Shown piece by piece: positions 36,940 to 45,194 of a stretch of DNA of 64,000 nucleotides. A model generated the notes under the pieces. That model worked only from the letters and a program-made list of their open reading frames with translations. It did no database searches and was not told where the DNA came from. Made by a program: the position numbers and the translations under genes. The DNA is taken from IMG/VR virus record IMGVR_UViG_3300031949_001696; one strand, 5' to 3'. Source of the stretch: a virus. Its lineage: Duplodnaviria > Caudoviricetes. Positions within the stretch are counted from its first letter, which is position 1; the number at the start of each line of letters is the position of its first letter.

Positions 36940-37407
36940 ATGCCCAAGCCAAGACTGCCGCGTTTTCGTCTCTTGGGTAAGGTTGCCGGGCTCTCCGTCT
37001 ACCTCGTCTCCGGCGAACATGTCCGTGATCAGATCGACGTCGACTTCACCATGGGTGGCAACGAAGGCGCGTACCCGCACTATGTTCCGCCCGGCGAGAT
37101 CTGGATCGACGATGCCATGCATCCACTCGATCGCACCGCGACCGCGCTGCACGAGATCGTCGAGCGCGATCTCATGCTCCATCACGACATGAGTTACGAC
37201 CGCGCGCATGACGCGGCGAACGTGCGAGAGCGCGCGTTTCGGCAAGGGCTCGTCCACCATCACCCGAAGACGTTTGATGGGCGTCGTGTGGCCTTCGCGT
37301 ACCGCGTGTATCTGCGCTCTCGATCGTTGGGCGCATCGGGCGCATCGGGCAAGTCGTCACGACAGCTCGATCATGAGATTGCCGAGACGCTCGGACGTCG
37401 TCGTTAG
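36940..37407 (+). CDS. HExxE protein with C-terminal RQLDHEIAETL tag; paralogue of 28655-29134
   Basis: GEIWID, ALHEIVERD, YDRAH. Confidence 0.6.
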   Translation: MPKPRLPRFRLLGKVAGLSVYLVSGEHVRDQIDVDFTMGGNEGAYPHYVPPGEIWIDDAMHPLDRTATALHEIVERDLMLHHDMSYDRAHDAANVRERAFRQGLVHHHPKTFDGRRVAFAYRVYLRSRSLGASGASGKSSRQLDHEIAETLGRRR

Positions 37408-38164
37408 CCCAGCACGCGTCGCAGCACGCGCAGCTTTCGATAGGCGACGCGAAAGCTATCGAGCGCGGATTGCGGATTCGTAGTAGCCGCAGGTGTGGCA
37501 GCACGGACAGGTACCGATCGCAGCGCAGGCTTCGCGATCGGGCGCCGGTCGCGTTCGCATTCGGGCGTGAAGATGCCGCTCACCAGCGACCGCGCCAGAA
37601 TGGGTAGAACTGCCGCTGGGTGCCGCTGCCGATCACGGTCAGCCCCTTGGACTGAAACCACTCGCTCGCCGCGGCGTGTGGATCGGCCGCGATCGTGACT
37701 TCCATCTCGCGATGAACCTCGGGATCGATCTCGCCGCCGCGCTCAAGGTGCCGGGCGCGGAGTTGGATGCGGACGAGGCGGCGACGGCGCTGGTGCTCGG
37801 TCATGCACCCATTATCGGATCGCCGATCGGCCGATCTGACAGGATCCCGAAAATAGTTGCGCGCCGTCTGAAGTGACGGTGCGCTGGAAGAATTCGTCGA
37901 GACTGCATTACCGCGGAGGATCTCGGCTCCGAAGGTTGGAGGGTTGGCCGCGGCTGGATCTGACGAGCCATCTACACGCGGGCCGATTGGGCGGCTCACG
38001 CCGCCCAGAATCGATCGGCGTGATGATGCGGAAGCAGCAGCACCTTTCCGGGTCGCTCTTCGCAGTAGGCGCCCACCGCGGCGCTGCACGTCGGACACGG
38101 AACGGCGAGAAGCTGCTCTCGTGTGCATGCAGGCGTTCGCGCGTCGGCGATCACGTGGTCTGGC

Positions 38165-38641
38165 TCATTTCGCCGCCGCCGATCGGGCTTCTTCCAGCTC
38201 GCGGCAAAGCATCGCGTTCTCGGCGGTGAGCGTCGAGATTTGCTGGCCGAGCGTGCGGATCGCGCTCTCTAACATCTGCGTGTTGATGCACGTCAACTGA
38301 CCTGCGTGATTTGCAATCACCTGTTGATCAGGGTCCGCAGCGGTCGATGCCGCGTCTGGATCGGCGAGCCACTTCCGAGCGACGGTGGCTCCCGCGCCGA
38401 GCGCCTCCTGTAGATCGTCGAACGTATCGATCAGCTCCTGATTGGCCACCGCGCCCTTGATGATCTCGAAGCCACCGGACACGACGACCGACTTCGTTAC
38501 CATCCATTTGCTACCGACCTGGCTGCAATGGACCAGAAGTGCACGATTGCCGTTCGGCCTGCGGACCACCAGCATCAGCGTGCTGGTAGCGGTCCACGCG
38601 ATCTTGTCGTCGATGGAGGAGATGTCGAGTGCCGTGCTCAT
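38165..38641 (-). CDS. Hypothetical protein with C-terminal coiled coil
   Basis: ORF track. Confidence 0.45.
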   Translation of the reverse strand: MSTALDISSIDDKIAWTATSTLMLVVRRPNGNRALLVHCSQVGSKWMVTKSVVVSGGFEIIKGAVANQELIDTFDDLQEALGAGATVARKWLADPDAASTAADPDQQVIANHAGQLTCINTQMLESAIRTLGQQISTLTAENAMLCRELEEARSAAAK

Positions 38642-38808
38642 CCGCTACAGCTTATCACCGACACGCCTTTGCGTTCGCGGTTGACGTTCGCTCGCGATCA
38701 CGCTACATGGCGATCGTCCCCGATGCGCACGTTCCGGTTATCCGCTCGACTTCGCTCGCTACGCTTGCCGGCCTAGGCTAGGCAGGCGTAGCTCGCAGCT
38801 TGTCTTGA

Positions 38809-38883
38809 GCCGGCATAGCCCAACGGAGAGAGGCCGCGCACCTAAAATGCGCTCCAGTGCGCGTTCGACTCGCGCTGTCGGCA
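38809..38883 (+). tRNA. tRNA-Leu(TAA) with short variable region
   Basis: gcgca-CCTAAAA-tgcgc (C33), A73. Confidence 0.75.
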
Positions 38884-38887
38884 TGAC

Positions 38888-38936
38888 GTCGCGGTAGCCC
38901 AACCTTGGTAGAGGCGGAGCGTTAAGCGCGCACGAC
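38888..38936 (+). pseudogene. Truncated tRNA-Leu-like remnant (no T arm)
   Basis: gtcgcgg-tagcccaaccttggtagaggc D arm resembling the adjacent tRNA-Leu. Confidence 0.4.
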
Positions 38937-38948
38937 ATTCTACAGATT

Positions 38949-39986
38949 CTACGGAGAGCTGTTGCTCGGCGCGGGCGCGCGCCAGGCGCAGGTCGCGATC
39001 ACGATGTTCCTGGGACCCTGGCCAGACGTCTCGACGATCACGTTCAGATCCGGTGGCACGACGTCGTAATCGTCACGTACGACGGTTCCTTCGAGGCGTC
39101 CCGTGAAGCTCGCGCCGCTTTCGTTCTGACCTCTGTAGTTCACGTCGATCTCGATCGCGTTGCCGGCTTCGCAAGCCTCCATCGCGACAAAGCTCTCGAT
39201 CGCGGTCGTCGAGAACATGTCCCCGGGGATAGGGCCCGGCTGAGCGAACTGGGATCGACCGTTGATGCGCAGATCTTCGATGATCCAGTCAGCTGCTCCA
39301 CCCGAGGTATCGCCATCGTCGATCTCGAGCAGGTGCATCTGGAAGGGAGCGTTCTGCACCCGGGCGGTGATCGTCACTTTCGTCATTGGCGGAAGCAGAG
39401 CCTTGGATGCGATCGGCAATACGGTCGGGCGTTGCGGCGGCGGAGAGCCGACCGCGGATGCGAAGAAGGGAACACCCTCAGGGTTTGGACCGATGTAGGT
39501 CACGATGATGGTGAAGTCGCGGTCGTGCTCTACGGGATCGAAGCCCTGTATCGAGAATGCCGTTGTCGCTTTTCGGTTTGCGGCGATGCCGCGAGTTCCG
39601 AACATGGCCCCCGACAGATCCTTCAGTGCGAGCTGCGAGCGACCGTCGACTTCGATGTCGTTTACGATCCAGTCAGCTGGGCCGCCTGCGGTGCCCGCAC
39701 CTGAGATGAAGAGGCGCTCGATGTCGATCGCTTCCTTCGCTTGGACCGTGACGCGCGTCGGCTGGCGCGGCAGTACCCGAGGTAGGTGGAGTGAAAGGAC
39801 GAGACGCGGGGTGAATGGGTAGTGATCGGGGCTCGCCGCATCGGCCGCATCGGGATCGATGGGCGTCGGCGTGTCGTCGCTATCAGTTAGCTGCCTCCAC
39901 GCGGCTTGGTAGCTCTCGCCGGTCTTGGCTTGGCGCTCGCGCACACGTCGCTGCAACGCACGATCACGTTTCTCTTTGTCGCTCAT
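38949..39986 (-). CDS. Protein with two tandem beta-sandwich domains
   Basis: Internal repeat GG.ADWI..D....GRSQ.......G.MF. Confidence 0.65.
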   Translation of the reverse strand: MSDKEKRDRALQRRVRERQAKTGESYQAAWRQLTDSDDTPTPIDPDAADAASPDHYPFTPRLVLSLHLPRVLPRQPTRVTVQAKEAIDIERLFISGAGTAGGPADWIVNDIEVDGRSQLALKDLSGAMFGTRGIAANRKATTAFSIQGFDPVEHDRDFTIIVTYIGPNPEGVPFFASAVGSPPPQRPTVLPIASKALLPPMTKVTITARVQNAPFQMHLLEIDDGDTSGGAADWIIEDLRINGRSQFAQPGPIPGDMFSTTAIESFVAMEACEAGNAIEIDVNYRGQNESGASFTGRLEGTVVRDDYDVVPPDLNVIVETSGQGPRNIVIATCAWRAPAPSNSSP

Positions 39987-40346
39987 TGGGAACCTCTCGT
40001 CTCGTACGAGCTGTTCCACACCAACGACTCGTCCGAGCGAAGAGATCCAAGAACGGTATCTCAGTGAGTCGTCCTCTTCATCCCCGTGAGGTGGCCAAGG
40101 TGTGGTTGGCCAGTGGGGCTCAGGCATCTGAGTGGTGCCGAGATCAAAAGTACCGTCTTGCCACGAGCGTTACAAGATCCCGGCCCTCTCGGCCCTCTTG
40201 GAGCACTTTCCCCTCACTGATGCCGCGATCGTTCGGCTAGAGTCCTAGCGCGTAGAACTTGCTCGATCCGTTGACGATCGAGACAGCGACAAGATCGCAA
40301 GGCTCGACATCGAGCGCGACAAGCACTCTTAGAAAGAGGAGAAACA

Positions 40347-40799
40347 GTGAGTGATAAAATCGCGAGGCTCGGCATCGAGCGCGACAACAACCTGATGTAC
40401 TACATCAAGAACGACGGTAATGTCTGGGCCACTCCCCGCAAGCAGAAGGGACAGCCCAAGGGCAAGGCCCAGAAGGTCGCAGAGACGGGGCTCGAGCTGG
40501 ACTACAGCCGCTATCTGTACTTCCTCGATGGCGACGGCGACGTCGCGCGCAAGGAGCGCGCCCTGGGCGGTGGTCGTAAAGCGAAGGCCAAGGCGGCCAA
40601 GCCGACCAAGGCGGCGACCGCAGCTCCAGCGACTCCGAAGAAGACGGGAACGAAGACCGAGGCAGAACTCGACGCCGATATCGCCGAGTGCCTCGCTCAG
40701 GCGAAGAAGAAGGCTGGGAACGGCAACGGCACCAAGCCCGCCAGCAAGCCTGTAACGAAGACGAAGAAGGCGAAGACGCCGAAGAAGAAGCGCCGCTAG
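40347..40799 (+). CDS. CC1-like chromatin/DNA-binding protein with Lys/Ala-rich histone-H1-like tail
   Basis: Two repeats of K[IV]A..G[IL]E.D...YY/YF...DG.V; AGGAG RBS; tag AELDADIAECL. Confidence 0.65.
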   Translation: MSDKIARLGIERDNNLMYYIKNDGNVWATPRKQKGQPKGKAQKVAETGLELDYSRYLYFLDGDGDVARKERALGGGRKAKAKAAKPTKAATAAPATPKKTGTKTEAELDADIAECLAQAKKKAGNGNGTKPASKPVTKTKKAKTPKKKRR

Positions 40800-41127
40800 T
40801 CGCAACGTCGTTGCTTCAGAACCGGTAAAGCGCAAGCCCGGAGGTCTTCACGATGATCAAAGGACCGTGGCCGCTGTCCTCCGACAAGATGCGGTACGAG
40901 ATCCAGCTTGAGGGTCCTATCCTCACGCCAATGTTTCATGGTGAGCGCGTCGCGCTTCGGGTGAGCGCGTCGGACCACGAAATATTGCGACGGGGCCCCG
41001 GCACCTACGGCGTCATCACGGATCTCGACACCACGACTGGAAGCACTAGTCGCAACGAAGTTGCAGCGATGGCGCTGCCAGGTGACACTCGGGTGATGCA
41101 GTCTAACGGTCACGCGGAGACTTCGAG

Positions 41128-41514
41128 ATGAAGTGGAAGACGCTGCTCGCAGATCTCGATGAGTCCACGACACGCAAGCAGCTTCGCGCGCGCATCCAGC
41201 GACTGCTCGACAAGTGGCAGCCGATCTTGGGCGTCCAGATCGACGACTGGGATCTGCGGAAGATGAAGTTGTACTGGGGATCGTCGCGGCGTGCGGGCTG
41301 CGACGCGTTCGCCTGCCGAGACGGGCACATCACGTTCAACACCGAGCTCGCGAAGCTACCGGCGCGCTATGTCGAGTACCTCGTGGTCCACGAGCTGGTG
41401 CACCACTTGACCGACGGCCATGACGCGAAGTTCTACAAACTGATGGATCAGCATCTGCCGGGCTGGCGACAGTTGCAGGCGCGGATCGAGGAACCGCTCA
41501 AGCGATACAGCTGA
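41128..41514 (+). CDS. YgjP/DUF45-like zinc metallo-hydrolase
   Basis: WGS, EYLVVHELVH, HDAKFY. Confidence 0.75.
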   Translation: MKWKTLLADLDESTTRKQLRARIQRLLDKWQPILGVQIDDWDLRKMKLYWGSSRRAGCDAFACRDGHITFNTELAKLPARYVEYLVVHELVHHLTDGHDAKFYKLMDQHLPGWRQLQARIEEPLKRYS

Positions 41515-41945
41515 TGAGACTTGTGCCCGATCTGGAGGCGCGTTTCATTCGGCACGAGGTCCGCGTCGAGATGCGGCGGTTCGTCAAGCCCGAGGCATTC
41601 GCAGAGAGGCCGAGCGGTCCTTACACTGAAAGCGACTTCGAGGAGCGGACAGGACCTGTCGTGTACATTCCCGTCGTCGAGACGCTCGCGGAGGCTGACG
41701 GTGTGTGGTTGCTGTGCCCGAAGTGCTACGCGGAGAACGGAGGCTGCGTCGGCACGCACGCGGTGATCTGCTGGTTCGTCGGCAAGGTCGATGACGACGT
41801 CGACCCCAAGCCCGGACGGTGGACGCCGGCCGGGACGGGCCTTTCCGACCTGACGTTCGTGCCGAGCGCGGGCCGCAGCCATTCCGTGTTGCTCACGGGC
41901 GGGTGCATGGCGCACTTCTTCGTGAATAATGGAGATGCTCTATGA
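41514..41945 (+). CDS. Cys/His-rich hypothetical protein
   Basis: LCPKC..H, LTFVPS, C.AHFFV. Confidence 0.5.
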   Translation: MRLVPDLEARFIRHEVRVEMRRFVKPEAFAERPSGPYTESDFEERTGPVVYIPVVETLAEADGVWLLCPKCYAENGGCVGTHAVICWFVGKVDDDVDPKPGRWTPAGTGLSDLTFVPSAGRSHSVLLTGGCMAHFFVNNGDAL

Positions 41946-42619
41946 GGTGTGGTCTCTATAAGATCCTTGGGCCAGGCGGAAGATTCTATGTAGGCCAATC
42001 AATCGACATTTCAGCGCGTTGGCATTATCACCGCACGCAGCTTCGGTGTGGAACGCACGGGAATGCAAAACTACAAAACGCCTGGAACAAGTATGGCGAG
42101 AGCGCCTTCATCTTTGGGGTGATCGCTTTTTATCCTGTCGAGGACCTCGATCGTCACGAGCAGATCTGGCTTGACACCACTGATGCCGTCTCGCATGGAT
42201 ACAACATCGTGGCATTCGCCTCATCGAACCGAGGCTTTGCAAATCCAAAGGTGTCTGAGCGAAATCGACGAACACGAGGCAAGGATCATCCATCGTTCGG
42301 AAAGCCACGGCCTGATCTTGCAGCACGTAACCGCACGGAGCCTAATCCCATGAAGGGTAAGAAGCTGCCTGAGACAAGCGCTGTAAGAGTACGTGCACGT
42401 CTACGAGGACCACTGCATTTCAACTATGGCAAGAAGCGCGTGCATCCGCAGCATCTGTTTGGTCCGCAGAAACTGCGCGCACATATTGATGTCATTCAGC
42501 AGCGGCTACGCGCGGGTGAAACCGTCGCGGCGTTGGCGATCGAATTCGGGGTAAACTGGAAGACCGTCGACAAGATCAAGCGCTGGCACGGCCACGTGGT
42601 CAACGGGGTCGCGAGTTGA
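41942..42619 (+). CDS. GIY-YIG homing endonuclease with NUMOD-like repeats and C-terminal HTH
   Basis: GLY..FYVGQS, RW..H, LQNAWNKYG, GYN; lower GC. Confidence 0.8.
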   Translation: MRCGLYKILGPGGRFYVGQSIDISARWHYHRTQLRCGTHGNAKLQNAWNKYGESAFIFGVIAFYPVEDLDRHEQIWLDTTDAVSHGYNIVAFASSNRGFANPKVSERNRRTRGKDHPSFGKPRPDLAARNRTEPNPMKGKKLPETSAVRVRARLRGPLHFNYGKKRVHPQHLFGPQKLRAHIDVIQQRLRAGETVAALAIEFGVNWKTVDKIKRWHGHVVNGVAS

Positions 42620-42694
42620 CGTGGTGGTGTGCTTGGCAGCGATGAACCAGTGCGGCGAATACGGACGCGTGTTGTTCGGCCGCAACGGGGTTCA

Positions 42695-43285
42695 ATGAAG
42701 TTGAAAGTTCCAAAGCTGGATTGGAAGGGAAAGACGCTCAAGCTTCGCTCGATCGTTCTCTCGGGCGCACCGCTCGTCGAGATTGATCGTGAGGTGCTCG
42801 ACATGTTTGACTTCATGCGCAAGACGCTGCGTGGTGATCACAACGCTGAAGAAGCTAATCTTCCCATGATGCAAGCATCGCCAGCATCGATGCAGTGTCT
42901 TATGCGCTTTATGTGGGAGCCTTACTCCGATGGTAAGGGCGCCGTCGAGTCCATCTACGGCTGGATCCTGGACGCCACGACGTACTGCGTAGACGGAAAG
43001 CCTTGGTGGCTCGTTCGCGCGAACAACAAGCTGGATGAACCACCGGCGAGATCGATCCTCAAGATCGAACGTGTCGACTGTCTTGGCGCAGATGTACAAC
43101 GCGATCGGATCATGAACTGCTCGTTCGGTGGCGGTCGCGGATACTCGATGTGGTGGACGTGGATCAATCAGCTTCCGATGCTGGAGATGCAGGTACGGAA
43201 GAAGCCCTTCGACATGCGTATTGTGGAGGAAGGATCTCCCTTGCCGGTTGGATACGAGCGAATGCCGCGTGCGATGTCAGCCTAG
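42695..43285 (+). CDS. Hypothetical protein
   Basis: ORF track. Confidence 0.45.
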   Translation: MKLKVPKLDWKGKTLKLRSIVLSGAPLVEIDREVLDMFDFMRKTLRGDHNAEEANLPMMQASPASMQCLMRFMWEPYSDGKGAVESIYGWILDATTYCVDGKPWWLVRANNKLDEPPARSILKIERVDCLGADVQRDRIMNCSFGGGRGYSMWWTWINQLPMLEMQVRKKPFDMRIVEEGSPLPVGYERMPRAMSA

Positions 43286-43307
43286 TCGCGCGCCGTCTTG
43301 CTGCCGA

Positions 43308-43634
43308 CTAAATTTCGACATCGTCAACGCACGGCGCGTCGAGCCAGTGCCGAACGATCCGCCGGCCGGCGATCCGCTCGACGACGGCGGGACGCCACTT
43401 GTCGTCACCGCGCTTGCACATGCCGCACGCGATCTTCGGGTTGCCGAACAGGCGCCCGCGGCACTTGTCGCAGCCGAGCCCTTTGCGCTTCGCGAACCAC
43501 CAGACCGATTGTTCGCAGACGCAGTCGATGTTGCCAGTGGGATGGATGCGCGCGAGGTGATCGCGGCGGCGCCGCGCTCCCTTACGGTACGTACGATCTC
43601 GACGAGCCTCTCGCTTCTTCACGTGAACCTCCAA
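43308..43634 (-). CDS. Small basic Cys-rich protein
   Basis: CxC and CxxC motifs, Arg-rich. Confidence 0.45.
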   Translation of the reverse strand: MEVHVKKREARRDRTYRKGARRRRDHLARIHPTGNIDCVCEQSVWWFAKRKGLGCDKCRGRLFGNPKIACGMCKRGDDKWRPAVVERIAGRRIVRHWLDAPCVDDVEI

Positions 43635-43704
43635 GCGCGCCCGCGAGGCGCGCGATAGTGAGGTCCAAGCTCGTCACGTTTTTACTGTACCAGTTTCGAT
43701 TGAG

Positions 43705-43780
43705 AGAGCCCGGCGGGAGTCGAACCCGCGACCAACGATTTCATCACTTCGCTGCTCTAACCAACCTGAGCTACGGGCCC
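43705..43780 (-). tRNA. tRNA-Ile-like gene with aberrant ~10-nt anticodon loop
   Basis: gggcccg-tagctcaggttggttagagc, canonical T arm; loop AGTGATGAAA. Confidence 0.6.
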
Positions 43781-43852
43781 GAACGGGTCGCGCTTCGCCA
43801 CGTCTGAGGTGGCGACGAAGGCGATGGATTCCGAGCCCACCACAAGCGCTAG

Positions 43853-43926
43853 CGGATCCCACCGGAGTCGAACCGGCCATGGCGAGGTCATTATTCTCGC
43901 TGCTTCTCCTCGAAGACTTGAGATCC
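43853..43926 (-). ncRNA. tRNA-like gene with 9-nt anticodon loop
   Basis: ggatctc/gggatcc acceptor; gcgag-AATAATGAC-ctcgc; T arm. Confidence 0.55.
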
Positions 43927-43931
43927 ATACG

Positions 43932-44007
43932 TGCAGGGAGGTGGGATCGAACCGACCGACCTCCGGCCATGTGATGTACCGGTGCTCTACCACTGAGCTA
44001 TTCCTGC
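43932..44007 (-). ncRNA. tRNA-like gene with 10-nt anticodon loop
   Basis: Canonical D arm; ccggt-ACATCACATG-gccgg; T loop. Confidence 0.6.
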
Positions 44008-44010
44008 AAG

Positions 44011-44082
44011 AGCCTTCGCACGGAGTTGAACCGCGGGTCGCCTCGTTAGAAACGAGGTGCTCTGACGTTGAGCTACGAAGGC
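44011..44082 (-). tRNA. tRNA-Arg(TCT), second copy
   Basis: cctcg-TTTCTAA-cgagg. Confidence 0.8.
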
Positions 44083-44154
44083 ATGGCGGAGGCGCCACCT
44101 CCGGCGTCCAGCTCGCGCTGTGCGCCGGTTGATCCGGTAACGCCTCCATAAGCG

Positions 44155-44613
44155 TTAGCGAACGAGCCGCAAGCTCGACACCGCCTTTCCGACCGTCTTG
44201 CGATCATGTGTGGGGTGAACTCCGATCGCGGTCGCCTGTTCGTCAAACGGACCGGCGTTTTCGCGGATCAAGACGTGCGGAACGCCGCGCGCGGTGAGAC
44301 GCGCAGCGATCGCGAGCAGCTCGGCCTCGTTCGGGACGCCGAGCACCACGGCGATGGATCCCGGCGGAGCGGGACCACTCTCGCCGGCGGCGTGTGCGAC
44401 GTGGGCGGCGAGGACGCCTTTCGGCAGGTCTTCGCGGACGACCACGTAGTGTGTCTTCGGAGGGTCCGAGGACGGGGTCTTGGGGACGCTGCTCGACGAG
44501 GAACTCGGAGCGGCATCATCGGCCTGGGGAAACGCAGAGAACGCTCGAAGGCGCTCACGGTCAATGGCTTTGCGACATGCAGCTATCCTGCGGCGCCGTT
44601 CGCGGGATGTCAA
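44155..44613 (-). CDS. Peptidyl-tRNA hydrolase, Pth2-like
   Basis: YVVVREDL..G..AAHVAHA, VVL, TAIG..P, L.L; start uncertain. Confidence 0.75.
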   Translation of the reverse strand: MTSRERRRRIAACRKAIDRERLRAFSAFPQADDAAPSSSSSSVPKTPSSDPPKTHYVVVREDLPKGVLAAHVAHAAGESGPAPPGSIAVVLGVPNEAELLAIAARLTARGVPHVLIRENAGPFDEQATAIGVHPTHDRKTVGKAVSSLRLVR

Positions 44614-44818
44614 GTGGGGTTGTGATCATGAAGCACCCGCTCCTCGCGCGGAGCGGGTGAAAGAACCGAGCCTGCGCGGGCTCACCAGCTCGTGTCCGAT
44701 CGTCATCGGGCGTTGCGGGACGCCGAGAGATGGCGTGCCTTGCGGCAGAGGCCCGGCGGGTGTGTTGTGGCGACTCTAGCACTTGATCGTGATCGACTCG
44801 CTCGCGCGATCGAAATTG

Positions 44819-44847
44819 TTGACGATCGCGCGGCTCACGAGTAGTTT
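44819..44847 (+). promoter_or_regulatory. Sigma70-type promoter for the tRNA/release factor operon
   Basis: TTGACG-17 bp-TAGTTT. Confidence 0.65.
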
Positions 44848-44852
44848 CTTCG

Positions 44853-44925
44853 TGCGGGGAGAGTGCTGGTTCTCAGAGTGGTCTCATAAGCCTCTTGACG
44901 TCGGTTCGATTCCGACCCCACGCAA
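44853..44925 (+). tRNA. tRNA-Met(CAT), initiator-like
   Basis: Loop CTCATAA; gcgggg...cgcaa ends. Confidence 0.65.
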
Positions 44926-45003
44926 CGAAGTGTTCCGATGACGTCGCACCTCTCATCTCTGTCTAGTCGCAGTCGCTCGTAGCGTCGCTACGTGCTGACT
45001 CCT

Positions 45004-45089
45004 GGAAGGTGAGGTGGGGGCTGGTCCCCACGCCCGTCTCGAAAACGGGATGCCCCGAAAGGGGCCGGGTTCAATTCCTACTCCTTCCG
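45004..45089 (+). tRNA. tRNA-Ser(CGA)
   Basis: cccgt-CTCGAAA-acggg, long variable arm, G73. Confidence 0.8.
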
Positions 45090-45100
45090 CTGCGAAAAAT

Positions 45101-45185
45101 GGAAGGCGAGTCCGAGCAGGTGCTGGAGGCCGGTTGCTAACCGGTTAGTCGCGTGAGCGACCGGGTTCGAGTCCCCCGTCTTCCG
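45101..45185 (+). tRNA. tRNA-Ser(GCT)
   Basis: gccgg-TTGCTAA-ccggt, long variable arm, G73. Confidence 0.8.
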
Positions 45186-45194
45186 CGGAGGAAA

